From positions 32,054,001-32,118,000 of the forward strand of contig OX597835.1 of assembly GCA_951406725.2 (NCBI GenBank): a stretch of 64,000 nucleotides of DNA, given 5' to 3'. Within the stretch, counting starts at the first letter, position 1. Every line of letters starts with the position of its first letter. The notes below the pieces were generated by a model, which ran no database searches, was not told the DNA's origin, and worked only from the letters and a program-made list of their open reading frames with translations. Shown piece by piece: positions 43,140 to 58,571 of this stretch. The position numbers and the translations under genes were made by a program. This DNA comes from Octopus vulgaris. Its lineage: Eukaryota.

Positions 43140-44118
43140 GTTCAAATGATTTCGATGAACGCAGAAAAAACGATAATCAGATGGAGAAACGTCCGGTGAA
43201 TATGGTAGGTGGAGCATCGTTTCCCATTCAGACTGCTCCAGCCTATGGAATGTCATCCTCGCTGTATGTGGCCGAGTATTATCCTGATGGAAGAACTCCT
43301 TTCCTCTTCAAACCAAAGATAGTCGTTTTTTTCTTTTTGCACTCACAGCTCTCAATCTGCTCGCAGTAGATCTCCTTTGTTATCGTTTGGTTTGGGTTGA
43401 AAGTGAAATAAACCTTTCATATCCCATCAAACAGATATCAAGACCTTCTTTAGCCTGGTTGCCGGTGTTTCCTCTTTCTCTACCCCCTTAGGTGCTTGAC
43501 ATTTTTATAGAGAACCCATTTTTCGTCACCAGTCTCTGTTCGATCCAAACAAAGGTTCATTCGTGAGACATGACAGCAAAGCAGGGTATACATTCACTCT
43601 CTGCGAGCGATTAGACCCGGAAAGTTTGTGAGAACTTTTCCGATGGCATGCAGGTGCTGATTAATGGTTGAATGACCAAATCCAAGCTTCTCTGTTAGTT
43701 CTTCAGTAGTTACGCTGGGATTTTTTTCCACCAGGATTTGCGGGACGTCCTCGCCGAGCTATACACATCTTTTAGAACGAGGCTCGTCTTTTAGACTGTA
43801 GTTTCGGGCTCGGAACTTGGCACTGACTTATTCTTATTGTTCGATCCCCATATAACGCATTAATATTCCTCGAACTTTCCGTTGCATTGTTGCCTTTATT
43901 GCACTCACTCATAAACCAAAATAAACCGAAAATACATCTCCGTCAATTCCATTGTAGCTTTGAACAAATAATTGTCAAAATCTAACTGCATTCTTCAAAA
44001 CTTGTTCTAAGAACAGAAACAAGGTAAAATTACTTGCTTTTATGGCAAGTTAATGCAGGTAGTTTATCCCATTCCCCTCCGACCTTTAGTTGATGCAATT
44101 ATGTATGGAATGACCCAA
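43140..44118 (-). mobile_element. Second degenerate mariner of the same family, 3'-truncated
   Basis: TIR-like ATGTATGGAATGACCCAA at about 44101-44118. Minus-strand PYSPDVSPSDY near 43200 and a TGDEKW-like stretch near 43520. Clear similarity to 25604-26835; ends near a (TTA)n tract. Confidence 0.85.
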
Positions 44119-44210
44119 TGTATTCACATACAGACACACACATGCGGTCACATATATATTGCATATACGAATATGTTGTGTATACAAGTATACACTCACA
44201 CACACGTACG

Positions 44211-44251
<41 letters not shown>

Positions 44252-44732
44252 TTAAATGCATGCGTTGTGTATATGACTATGTCAATTTTTGCATTGTTTC
44301 CTATAAAAATATTATCTTAAGCTTGCTTCTATTCCTATTTACATTCACTGCGTTTCCTTGTCGAAACAAATGAACCACATAGGATGTTTGTCGTTGGAAA
44401 TTATCTCTTTTTCACCTTCCTTCCACAAGATCCCATGTTCGTATAAGGAACCTTTTAACACACTGGCTTACAGACTGTAGACGTCGCTTTGAAACTGCAG
44501 GTAACTTGAAGCAAACATTTAGATGATTGGCAAAACGACGTCCGCACAGGGAATGCAATGTGAAGTGAAGCGTTTCGTACTAAAACACAATTGCACGTAT
44601 CGGTGTGTATTTGTATGGAGTTAAGCTTTTATATTAACACGTATGTTTTCTTCGGTGTGCTTTGATTATCATTTCATCAGGCGTCGTAGGACTTCAATAA
44701 AACGTGAAATGCAAATTATGAAAGAGAAAGAG

Positions 44733-44771
<39 letters not shown>

Positions 44772-44983
44772 GGGGAAAGATTAAAGGAGTTTTGAAAATA
44801 CGTGGAATCAGTGTGAGACTAATGGGAAATGGATCAGTAAAAAGAGAGAGACAGAGAGAATGGTGGGGCGAGAGTTAGAAGTTGGGAGGGAGTTAGAGGT
44901 GGGCAGAGAGTTAGAGGCGGAGAGAGAGTTAGAGATGTGGAGCACGATATGCTGCATATTCCCTATAATTCAGTGAAATTCCC

Positions 44984-45428
44984 GGATCTTTTCGGTTTGA
45001 ACGGCAGTTTTTAACATAATTTCTAGGTAAGTAAAAAATTTTTTACCTTCGTATACTGGTAGAATGTGTTTATAAAACATCTTTTCCTCTTGGATTTATT
45101 AAGAAAATTCTATAGTTTGTAAGATATTTGTTGTTCTTTTCTTCAATTTCTGCAATTTCAACCAATCACTGACGTCTATTGAGTTAAAAAGCATTCTTTG
45201 CCGTATGAATATGTTCCTCGTTTAAGAAACAGATTGGGTTTATTTACATTTGTGAAGAAAAAAAGATACCCTTCCCCCCGCCCCTAAACCTAACCCTAAC
45301 CCTAACACTAACTAACCCTAACCCTAAAAGAGATTGAAATGCAATAAATCGATTCTAGGGTCATAATTATGGGTGACAATTTCATATGACTCCGCTAGAA
45401 AAAACTGCCGTTCAAACCGAAAAGATCC
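44984..45428 (+). mobile_element. Same MITE family (copy 3)
   Basis: Perfect TIRs; TSD AAATTCCC at 44976-44983 and 45429-45436; longer CCCTAA array at about 45281-45327. Confidence 0.93.
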
Positions 45429-46104
45429 AAATTCCCCTACCCATCCCCGCCCGTTAGAAGTTTTATATTTTGAAAAGTTTAATTTTTTTTTTTAAACTGC
45501 GGATAGATATATGCGAGGCGGTTTCAATTCCAGACTGAGGACAGGTGAAATATATATTGGAGATGCTCTGCCCAATGCAGAAACTGTAGGATATGCTCAG
45601 GTTTTGTAGGCACTTCTTCTAAATCTATAACAATGATATCGATTACAGTGCGGTGATACAAATGTTCTTGGAAAACCGATAACCCTCTAAATTACTTCCC
45701 CTGTTCTGACTAAAATAAACGGCTTTTGTCAATGAGCTGGCATTATCGAGTGAGCAGAATATAATGACTGTTGATTCCAAAAATAGACCATTTTCGCTAT
45801 TTATTTGTGGCATTGTTCGTTCTTCACTGCATCATAGTTAGCTTGCCTGGAAGCGACGTTAGGGCATGGGATAGATGGCCTGTGGTACGTATTCCGGTTC
45901 TCGGTGCCCTGATTTCAAATATAATTGAGATAAGGACTGCCTTTCATATTTTGAGGGTTATCAATAAAGTACCAGTGAAAGACTAGGGTGTCTTTTTGTG
46001 TCTTCTACACATTATATATGTATTTGTGATTCACACACACACACATATATATATATACATATATATATATATAAATATATATGTACATATATATGTATGT
46101 GTCC

Positions 46105-46149
<45 letters not shown>

Positions 46150-46179
46150 CATGGACACACACATGTACATATATATATA

Positions 46180-46220
<41 letters not shown>

Positions 46221-46332
46221 GATAGATAGATAGATAGATAGATAGATATAAACATATATATACATATACATATATATACACATATATATATGTATATATA
46301 GAGATAGATAGATAGATACATACATACATACA

Positions 46333-46364
<32 letters not shown>

Positions 46365-46744
46365 CATGTAATTTTATATTCCGGTATATAACTTGTAGTA
46401 TGTTGTTTAAAGGCCGATCGCAGTTATCAAAAACAGTACGGAAGTATATGCCACTGGATTCACTTTAGTAATTCCTTCGTGCTCCTACAGTTCATAAAAT
46501 ATATGAGAGAAAGAATATGGAATTCACGAGACTCTTTATTCAGAACCACTATGATCGTTTCAATCTTGTATGCACCAGTACCTTGCAGGCGAGATGCTGT
46601 ACAAACTGTTGTAATGCATCGTAGGGGCAAATTCGTCTCCTCAGATGGCTTTACCTAAATATATATATGTGTGTGTGTATGTGTGTGTGTGTGTGTGTGC
46701 GTGCGCGCATGTGTGTGTGTAACTACACGTGTACCACTGATGGT

Positions 46745-47200
<456 letters not shown>

Positions 47201-47212
47201 CACATTTTTATA

Positions 47213-47658
47213 TCTACACATATAAAGCTGAAGTTGTCTGTGTGTATCTGTGGCAGGTTTGGTAGCCGTCAACTAATACTATCTCCTCCGAGACCCTGCG
47301 GCGCAAGTTGACCAAAAATACAAAGTATGATAGAAGAAGACTTGCTCTTAATTGCGTAGAAGAAAAAATTCAAATCAGACCATGTTAACACTAAAAAGGA
47401 TTTTCATCAAAATGGTGCTTTTTTTTCTATGGAAATCCTTATTTTTTACGATTTCTTGATTGCTGTTTCGCCATTTTTCGGTGTATTTCAACCAGAAAAA
47501 TATTCACCAAAAGACAATAACAAGCTACGCAATGCAAAATTTTTACTTTTCAAAAAAGATTGAAACTATGTCAAAACTTTGTTAACGAGACATAAAAGCC
47601 TGCAGTTCTAAGCGCAACTAAAAAAACAAACTCGAGCAACGCCGGGCTATACTGCTAG
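47213..47658 (+). mobile_element. Non-autonomous Helitron-like element (longer relative of 6527-6597)
   Basis: 5' TCTACACATATAAAG..GAAGTTGTCTGTG and 3' GAGCAACGCCGGGCTATACTGCTAG, at an A|T insertion site. Confidence 0.8.
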
Positions 47659-47660
47659 TA

Positions 47661-47735
<75 letters not shown>

Positions 47736-48963
47736 CTATGGGCGTGCATCTGTATAACTCAACTGGAAATCGTACTTCTGTCACAAATTCGGCATCTCAA
47801 GCGTTTTTTTTGACTTTAAAACACTTAAACTTTCTCCTCACCCCCTGTCACTTTCTAGAATGCAAGTTCGTATCTTCGTATCGGTATTGCTGTATGTTCC
47901 ATTTTAGTTTTTTCTTTTTTTTTTTTTTTTTTTTGCTAGGTGATGAAACGGAAAAAAAATTTTGAAACTTCGACAAAAATATATCTTTTTTAGATATAAA
48001 TTCGTGCATGAGGAAAACAAATAATATTTGACATTAAAGCAAAAAGAAGACAGAAACTTTCTGCTGAAGATGTATCAAACTCTAAATTGAAAAGTACCTA
48101 CATTAATAAGTTTAATGCGAACACACCTTTTACATAATGCCTGATATTGCATTAGCTACTTTACACGCATATCATGGAGTACTTTCATTGCCTACATCAG
48201 TTCTCAGAATATCATAAAAACCTATACAAATGTTAGTTAATGTAACATGTAATTCGAAAGAAAAATGTTTATCATAGAAAAAAAAGACGTTCATAAGAAT
48301 TATTGTATGTTGTGTTATAATACTGAGGCTGATGGTAATGGTGATTCTATTTAGATTTATTATTCTTTGTTTGTTATATTTATTCTTTAAATTAATAATA
48401 ATGGAGGATATGTTCTCTTCAACAAAACATATCGAAATATTTCCATCAATATTTCTATTTCTATTTACATTACTAAAACAAAATAGCTGAGCTGAGACTA
48501 CGAAACAACGATAAGGTAAGTTTACATCTATTTAGGATTTATTTATCGATACCAGATGAATGAAAACATATTTTCGTCGAGTTTCAACTCAGAATGTAAA
48601 AAAATGCAAGCTGGTATTGCAAATTACGGTACTTGGGCATTAACTGACCCTAAGCACACATACACACGCGTGAGTAGGACAAATTTTTGCCATTTCTCCG
48701 CAGATTTCCGAACCTTATTGACTTCTCATTAGAGGCGTCCACATCAATGTGACAGTCTCCAGAGAAACAAGCAGCCAAACTCTTTATATACTCAACAAAT
48801 GCAGTGGTTACTATCTGAAGAAGTGCCTAAGTTGCATACCGAAGTTGTGTAACACTCTATAAATACCAGCGGCCTGTCAACGGGGATCTTAGTACACACT
48901 GTATCAAGGTATAAGATAATAAATAAGTAACGTATGGTATAATTATAACAGGACAAATCTAAG

Positions 48964-49055
<92 letters not shown>

Positions 49056-49140
49056 ATACATGTATATATGGATACATGTATACACACACATACGTAAACA
49101 TATAAACCTAAACATTCTACACACAGACATATACCAGGTC

Positions 49141-49193
<53 letters not shown>

Positions 49194-49304
49194 AACGTAT
49201 ATGCATGTATATCATTTTATACAGTATAGATCATTTTATTTAATCCTTTCTTTTGGAGTCCTCTGATAAAACATAGAGGCACTGAAAGGGTACAAACCAC
49301 CTAC

Positions 49305-49360
<56 letters not shown>

Positions 49361-49719
49361 CTCTCCCTAACACACTCACTCACTCTGTCCCACTCACAGT
49401 CTCTCACGCTGCATATATTTAGGGCGACTTTAAAGTCTGGATGGTACAAGTCTTTAGAGAAACTCATATTCAAACTACATATACACACACAAACAGAAAC
49501 ACACACACACACATATATATATATATAATATATATGTATATACATATACATACAAAGTTAGAGGGCGTCAGTTGTAATACCAAAGATTTCCCACTCAACT
49601 TATTCTCAACGATAAACAGAAGCCATATTGGTGTGTTTTCATAAAAATGTAAATTTTTATTACGGATATTTTGACAAAGTTAACTTGGTCGTCTACTATT
49701 TGTTTGATATAACCCATAT

Positions 49720-50520
49720 ATCGGACCCAGTGCTCGACTGATACCTATTTTATCAACCCTAAAAGGATGAGAACCAAAGTAGAACTTGACGAAATTTGAA
49801 TTCTAATATAAAGACGGACAAAATAACACTAGGCATTTTCCCCCGGCATGCTAACGTTTCCGGCAGCACATTTCCTTAATAAATATTGATTTCAAAATTT
49901 GACGGAAGGACAGCAATTTCGGGGGAGTGGATCAGTCGATTACATCGACCCCCAGTGTTTTACTGGTACTTAATTTATCGACCTCGAAAGGATGCAAACG
50001 CAAAGTCGACCTCTACGGATTTTGAACTCCGTAACTAAATACGAACGAAATGCCACTAAGCATTTTATCCGGCGCGATGACGAATCTGACAGCAAGCCGC
50101 CTTATTCCAATAATAAATATTCTGTTCTACTCTAGGAACAATGCCCAAAATTTTTTGGTTAGGGTGCCAGTCGATTAGATCGATTCCAGTACGCAACTGG
50201 TACTTAATTTATCGACCCCAAAGAAAGGAAAGGCAAAGTCGACCTCGGCGGAATTTGATCTCAGAACGTAAAGATTGATCAAATATCTATTTCTTTACAA
50301 CCCACAAGTGGCTAAACACAAAGAGTACAAACAAGGACAGACAAACGGATTAAGTCGATAATATCGACTCCAGTGCGTAACTGGTACTTATTTAATCGAC
50401 CCCGAAAGGATGAATGGCAAAGTCGACCTCGGCGGAATTTGAACTCAGAACGTAGCGGCAGACAATATACTGCTAAGCATTTCGCCCGGCGTGCTAACGA
50501 TTCTGTCAGCTCACCGCCTT
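49720..50520 (-). mobile_element. Cluster of about 4 SINE family A units
   Basis: Repeated GGTACTTAATTTATCGACC..GAAAGGATG..GTCGACCTC cores. Confidence 0.85.
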
Positions 50521-50630
50521 CCAATAATAAATATTAACACTGTAAATGTATTGAATGCGTATTGATTTATATTTTTCTTAGAAGTCGTCGTACCTAGTAC
50601 ATCCAAATCATGTACGTGTGTGTGTGTGTT

Positions 50631-50686
<56 letters not shown>

Positions 50687-50932
50687 GTGCGTGTTTGTAA
50701 TTGAATATATACGAAGGAAAAACAAATAACTTTATCGGAATAAAGCGTCCACTGGTACAAATAGGCGTTATAATACTGTTTAGATTTGTTAAGTTTGGGA
50801 AGAAATATTTACTTACAGACACGCACACATAGAAGAACTTCACACATACATACACACACACACACACCACACGCATACAAACACACACACACGCACTCAT
50901 ATATACATACATACATATATATATATACATAT

Positions 50933-51033
<101 letters not shown>

Positions 51034-51060
51034 CATACATACATGCATATATATATATAT

Positions 51061-51108
<48 letters not shown>

Positions 51109-51119
51109 ATATATATATC

Positions 51120-51150
<31 letters not shown>

Positions 51151-51160
51151 GTATATAAAC

Positions 51161-51203
<43 letters not shown>

Positions 51204-51567
51204 CACAGAGGTATTAACGCAAGCATAGATTAGTAATACACAACCAAACGTAACGTATGATAATATAAACGAACCAAAACCAATCCTTTTGCATGAAACG
51301 CTATACAACAGAATTGAACACTACCAGTTTTTTTTACGTGTACTGTAGAAACGTGGAGGTGTTTGTAGTTTATGTCAATATTAATTATTCCTTCTTATGT
51401 TCAGCTTTGTGAATAAATATTTGAAAATAATATGCCAACAGCTATCGCTATGAAATTTGAAAAACACAACTGTTGACTCATATTTGTTGCCCCTGTTATT
51501 TTGGGTTTTTTTTTGTCTTTTTACCTTTACTATTTCGCTTTCAATCTGTCCACCATTTTGATGTTTC

Positions 51568-51626
<59 letters not shown>

Positions 51627-51971
51627 ATCTTTTATCATTTCTCAGTTTTGTTATATTTTTTAATCGCAATTTTTCTGATTCTCTCCCTTTTTTTCATTCG
51701 CCGTCATTTTTTTTTAGCAATTTTTCACATTTTTTTACTATTTGCTGTTTTATTTTCTTCTTGTTCCTTCTTCACTTAATTTTCAATCTCGTTCTTCATT
51801 CTTTTGTGCAGACTCAACATATGCTTATTTTCTTTTAATTATTCACCTATATAATTTTCTTTTTACTATTTTCTTCTGTTTCTTCTCCACTTTCTACTTC
51901 ATCCCTTCATTCACTTCTATTATTATTCTTCATATTTTTCCTTCATCTCTGTTTCTCTCTCTCTCTGTCTT

Positions 51972-52007
<36 letters not shown>

Positions 52008-52687
52008 ATAACCATAATCTTTGACTAAACGCCTTCCTTTTTCTCTGCACCTCATTCAATACAATGACTTTCTTTCATCATACGCTTAATCTCTCCACAA
52101 TTCTCTCACATTCCTTCGCCTTTTCTTTCTTTCATCATTCCCCTCCACTCTCCACCACCATCATTTTCATTACCACATCCACCCACCTTCTCTTTCTTTC
52201 TCTCTCTCTGTTTTCCATTGTTCACTTAACACTTCCGTCCTTTAACCTTCTTCCTGATGCTTTTTCCTGTTCAACGCGAAGTCAGTCATCATAGAACAGT
52301 CATATCATAAAAAATATTCTAACCTCGATCATTCTCTATTTTATTTCCCCAATTTAATATATCTAAAATCACACCAATAAGCGCCCTTACTTCAACAGCA
52401 TACTGAGATCAGATGGAAGGATATTTAGCAGACATTTCAATCGTATGGAATAGCTTCGTATAAGTTTCTTTGTAACGGTTCTTGGTGGAGCTTGTAGTTA
52501 CTAAATTACGTTCAGTAAAATTTTCTTCTTTTTGCAACCGTTATCGATATACTATTGTTCTCATTGTGGTGAATATTCGTTATCAATGTCTATACTATCA
52601 ACACTGATGGATTGATACGCAGACAGATAAATATATAGGGGGATAAATAGATAGATAGATTGAAAGATAGAAAGATAAATAGATAGG

Positions 52688-52740
<53 letters not shown>

Positions 52741-52752
52741 GGCTGGATAGAT

Positions 52753-52878
<126 letters not shown>

Positions 52879-53020
52879 GGAGAGTTTACGAAAAACAAAC
52901 AAAACACAGGTGGTGTACAAAACAAACAGATATATTAGTATAATGCTCAGGAATAGAAAAGGTATTTTACGTTTCGAGCCTACGCTCTATAGACAGACAG
53001 ACAGATAGATATATATATAT

Positions 53021-53068
<48 letters not shown>

Positions 53069-53229
53069 GTGGACAGACACACACATTTCGGGCAAGTTAG
53101 TCAAAGTATGTTGTTAAATCACCCGGTACCCAGCAACTATAATATGCACATAGGTATTTGTGTGTGTGTGTATGTATGTGTAAGAGAGAGAGAGAGAGAG
53201 AGAAACAGAGCGAGAGCGTGTGTGTGTGT

Positions 53230-53268
<39 letters not shown>

Positions 53269-53601
53269 CGTGTGTCTCCATATGTGTGTAACATTTCACT
53301 CTCACTACCACATACACATACACATACATGCGTGGGTGTATCTGAGCAAATCTTTCTTTAGTGTGTACGTGCGTATTTGTGTCATAAAGTTGACCTTTGA
53401 CCTGACTGTCTGTTGGACCCGGCTTTGCCCATCCCGGGTTAATGTCACCGCAAGTGCAATGAATGGCAATAACTATTTTGTAGCATAGATACAAGTCTAA
53501 CATTTGGGTGGGGACGTATAGCAAGAGTTATATCTCCTATATATATAACTAGTACTTGTCAACTTCAGCACTCGACCGTTGCATTACTTTATCAAACATG
53601 A

Positions 53602-54150
53602 AGGCGGCGAGCTGGCAGAAACGTTAACACGCCGGGCGAAATGCTTAGCGGTGTTTCGTTTGCCGCTACGTTCTGAGTTCAAATTCCGCCGAGGTCGACT
53701 TTGCCTTTCATCCTTTCGGGGTCGATTAATTAAGTACCAGTTACGCACTGGGGTCGATGTAATCGATTTAATCCATTTGTCTGTCCTTGTTTGTTCTCTC
53801 TGTGTTTAGTCCTTGTGGGTAGTAAAGAAATATGTATTTCGTCTGCCGTTACGTTCTGAGTTCAAATTCCGCCGAGGTCGACTTTGCATTTCATCCTTTC
53901 GGGGTCGATTAAATAAGTACCAGTTACGCACTGGGGTCGATATAATCAACTTAATCCGTTTGTCCCCTTTGCGTTTAGCCCCTTGTCGGTAGTAAAAGAA
54001 TAGGTATTTCACGTCGCTACGTTCTGCATTCAAATTCTGCTACGGTCGTCCTCTCGGAGTCGATAAACTAAGTACCAGTGAAACACGGGGTTCGATATGA
54101 TCGACTTCTCACCTCCCGTAAAATTTCCGGCTTTGTGCCTATAGCAGAAA
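53602..54150 (+). mobile_element. SINE family A, tandem trimer
   Basis: One head followed by three core/tail units. Confidence 0.87.
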
Positions 54151-55735
54151 GGATTATTTTATCGACCACGTACAAAATAATGGTAACGCTGATCTTATCG
54201 TGGTTTGAACTGAGAACGAAACGATGAAGGAAAAAAAGGTCTTCCCTGGAGAATATTCGAAAAGAGAATTTTAAAGTGACCTAGTTAAATATCACTATTC
54301 GTTTATGCATTTTACTCATTTTATCTTTACTCCGCACAAACCATAATTCAAAGAGCATAATGTCACACTGTTGTTCTTGTTATCGTTGTTCGTGCCGTGT
54401 GTCCTATATGAATAAATAATCGTCACAGCCAGAAGTTGGAATTGCCTAAATAATCACATGATTGTCATTCGATCTAAATATCCCAATGGATTCAATTTTT
54501 TTTTGGATCGATAATAAAATACTAAGATGACATAAATTATATTTATGTCAGTAATGCCAAAATTAGACATTAGAGGTGCGTGGCTTAGTGGTTAAGGTGT
54601 TGGACTTACGATCGAAAGTTTGTGGTTTCAATTCCTGGACCAGGCGACGCATTGTGTTCTTAGCAAAACATTTCGCTTCATTCGTGACCGAAAAGGGTCT
54701 TGTATATGTCCAAGATACTGAAACTCCGTCGGTTCGACGACGAGGGTTCCAGTTGATCCGAAACAAAACAGATTCCTTGTAAAATTAAGGCCCACATGGC
54801 TGAGAACTCCACAAACACGCGTACCACAAAATTAGTTTTCAGGGAGATTCAGCGCAACACAAAATGTGACAAAACTGTATCCTTAGGGTTACAGGCACAA
54901 GCCTTTTTTGCCAACTTTTTTGCTGAAGGACACAAGGTACTGCCAAGAATCGAACTCATGATCTTACTATAGTGAATCTAATTCTGTAATCACTAAGCCA
55001 CATGGCCTCACAACAAAAATGATAAATATATAATGATATATGGACTCCAAGCAACAGGATCGAAACCAGGGTCTTTGGTTGTAAGGTGAATCGCTTAACC
55101 ATTCGGCTGTACTTGATTCCCTTATCTGTTAGTCAGTAAATGTTAAGAGCCACGATCACTTAGAGAGAATGAATGAAGAAGAAAGAAAGAATGAGAGTGA
55201 GAGAGAAGGGAATAGAGACAGAGAGAGAGAGACACACACACACACAGACAGAGAAGATAAGAGGGAGAGAAAGGGGTGTGTTTAAGTATAGGAAAATATC
55301 GAATCCCTGCCTGAAATAGTTTAGTTGTTAAGAACGGGTAGATAAGACTAATTCAAACGCGCTTTTGTTCTTGAGTATAATAAATTAGGAAGTAAGCATG
55401 AAGTTAGGACAGAGAACTGGCAGAGACGCATACACACGCGCATGCGCTCTCTCTCTCTCACACACACACACACACAGATGCACACAAAAACGAACACACA
55501 GAATTACAAGACACACAGAACTATCGTCTCTTGCATGAAACGTTGAATACCTATGGAACACTTCGACAAAACGAGGGGACACACACTCACACACACACAC
55601 ACACACGCACCTACATACACACACACATAATGCATTTACGTATGTGTACGCATATTTATTTTCTAGACTTTTCCCAACCACATGGTTCTGGGTTCAGTTC
55701 CCCTGCGTGGCACCTTGTACAATGTCTTATACGTA

Positions 55736-55877
55736 GGCGCATGAGTGGCTGTGTGGTAAATAGCTTGCTTACCAACCACATGGTTCCGAGTTCAGTCTCA
55801 CTGCGTGACACCTTGGGCATGTGTCTTCTACTATAGCCTTGGTAGACGGAAACTGAAAGAAGCCCGTCGTATATATG

Positions 55878-55908
<31 letters not shown>

Positions 55909-56118
55909 GTATGTGTGTTTGTGTGTCTGTGTTCGTCTCCCCAACACCGCTTGACAACTGATGCTAGTGTATTTACGACCGTAACTTCGCGGTTCGGTAA
56001 ACGAGCCCGATAGAATAAGTACTAGGCTTACAAAGAATAAGTCCTGGGGTCGATTTGCTTGACTAAAGGCAGTGCTCCAGCATGGCCGCAATCAAATGAC
56101 TGAAACAAGTAAAAGAGA
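55736..56118 (+). mobile_element. SINE family B (preceded by a partial head at about 55672-55728)
   Basis: Consensus head and tail. Confidence 0.87.
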
Positions 56119-56356
56119 ATATGTGTGTGAGTATAAATGTCGTTAGCGAAGTGGGTTTGTTCCATTACCTTCCTTAAGCCACCCTTTCGTCTTACATTGC
56201 CTTTATCGCAGTCCAGTCTTTTCAAGGTATTCGGATTAGGTCACCGTCTCAAAGGCTGACTCACTCCTACGTCATGTCAGAGTAAAGAAGTATTTCTGCA
56301 ACCCTTATACACACCCACGCATTCAAGCACGCACGCGCGCAGACACACACACACAT

Positions 56357-56389
<33 letters not shown>

Positions 56390-56494
56390 CACGACGAGAG
56401 AAAAAAGCCATAGCGACGGACAAATGTAACTAACTTGGCAGCAGTATATCTGAATATCTACAGATATAGAAAGGCGAGTAAAAAGATAGGTAGC

Positions 56495-56532
<38 letters not shown>

Positions 56533-56789
56533 GGCAGGCAGACAGACAGGAAGACAGACAAACAGAAGGATAGATAGATAAGTTTCTTTATTAGCCACAC
56601 AGGGCTGCACACAGACAGGACAAATTACAAGGTAGAGCTTTTCTTTTGGGGGTAAAAAAAAGGGGGTTGGTTTCCGATCAAAAGGGATCGTAAAAGGACA
56701 GAAAGGGGACAAAAAAAGGGGGGGGAAAGGGGGGAGGAAAAAAAGTTGATCAATAGGGATCGTAATCGCAGAAATGTCAATATGAAGTG

Positions 56790-56870
<81 letters not shown>

Positions 56871-56872
<2 letters not shown>

Positions 56873-57096
56873 GAGCTGGCAGAACCGTTAGCACGCCGGG
56901 CGAAATGCTTAGTGGTATTTCGTCTGCCGCTACGTTCTGAGTTCAAATTCCGCCGAGGTCTACCTTGCCTTTCATCCTTTCGGGATCGATTAAATAAGTA
57001 CCAGTTACGCACTGGGGTCAATGTTATCGACTTAATCCATTTGTCTGTTCTTGTTTGTCCCCTCTGTGTTTAGCCCCTTGTGGGTAGTAAAGAAAT
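56871..57096 (+). mobile_element. SINE family A embedded in (GATA)n
   Basis: Near-consensus copy flanked by GATA microsatellite on both sides. Confidence 0.88.
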
Positions 57097-57110
57097 AGAT
57101 AGATAGCCAA

Positions 57111-57164
<54 letters not shown>

Positions 57165-57197
57165 TTCTTTATTGGCCACACAGGACTGCACACATAA

Positions 57198-57275
<78 letters not shown>

Positions 57276-57745
57276 GGATGGATCGATGGATGGATCGGTG
57301 GCATATTTTATTAGTTACGAGTCAATGATTACATTCCATATATTAAGAATTACAGAAATAGCAGCGAAGTTTTCCTCAAACCATGCTTTGCCGATTTTAC
57401 GCGATACGTTAGATCATGTATTTTCTACATACATATATACATAAGGGAAAGACTGTGTGGTCACATCTGTAATGTCTTTGATCATAATTTGCTTGATTTG
57501 CAACGACCCAGGGCTATACGTCTGCATAAACCACCACCCTACGGAGCCCAATTATAAATTTGCCCTTTATAGCACAATCCCACGAAATATTTGTATTGTA
57601 TGCTCTTCTCAGACTATTAGGGATTTAAGTGTAATAAAACCCCTCCTACTGGAGGCAGATATAAACTATAATCTCTACGACTTGTTATAGATTTAACCAT
57701 TCCTTCATATTGGCCTATTGCATTCATTAAAAATAATAAATGCGC

Positions 57746-57945
57746 CCTTTTAATGCCTAGCCAGGCTCACGGGCCCGGTTTCCCGGTTTCAATGGCGTAT
57801 GTGTTCCCCAGAATGGAAGGGAAGCCAGTCCATCGCGTTACTCATTTTTGCCAGCTGAGTGGACTGGAACAGCGTGAAATGAAGTGCTTTGTTCAAGAAC
57901 ACAAAGCGTCGCCCGGTCCGGGAATCGAAACCACAATCTTACGAT
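57746..57945 (-). mobile_element. C-related SINE with tail type 3
   Basis: GCCTAGCCAGGCTC..GGGCCCGGTTTCCCGG tail plus a GGGAATCGAAACC B-box. Confidence 0.72.
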
Positions 57946-58174
57946 CAATCTCATTCATTAGTCTTCCTTTATTCATCCGTCAGTACTCATGCATGAGTAC
58001 TCACTTATATTACTTCCTTGGCCATCGATGTCTCTCCCATCTCATTACATTTTGAGATCAAACTTCGTACAAGCTGACAAAGCCTATCGTTTTCTTTCGC
58101 GGTTAATAATATGCCTACAAGATGGACACTGGCGGAGTTATTATTGACAAGGACTCTTCCCCCAAATTTCAGGA

Positions 58175-58304
58175 ATCGTAGAAGGAAAGAAATATTTTCT
58201 ATCGTAGAAGGAAAGAAATATTTTCTATCGTAGAAGGAAAGAAATATTTTCTATCGTAGAAGGAAAGAAATATTTTCTATCGTAGAAGGAAAGAAATATT
58301 TTCT
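58175..58304. repeat. Minisatellite, 5 x 26 bp
   Basis: ATCGTAGAAGGAAAGAAATATTTTCT repeated five times perfectly. Confidence 0.95.
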
Positions 58305-58363
58305 TAGCTATAATAAATCAACGTTAAATTAAATCATTTTACAGTTAGTTTTAATCACATATA

Positions 58364-58525
58364 GGCACAGGAGTGGCTGTCTGGTAAGTAGCTTGCTTAC
58401 CAACCACATGGTTCCGGGTTCAGTCCCACTGCGTGGATCCTTGGGCAAGTGTCTTCTACTATATCCTAGGGCCGACCAAAATCTTGTGAGTGGATTTGGT
58501 AGACGGAAACTGAAAGAAACCCGTC

Positions 58526-58571
<46 letters not shown>

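Noticed and set aside
57343-57366. Minus-strand CYFCNS, similar to cephalotocin CYFRNC
   Set aside because: Followed immediately by a stop; no P-x-G-G-K-R and no signal peptide.
58175-58304. Short direct repeats suggestive of a CRISPR array
   Set aside because: No spacers, eukaryotic context and no cas genes.
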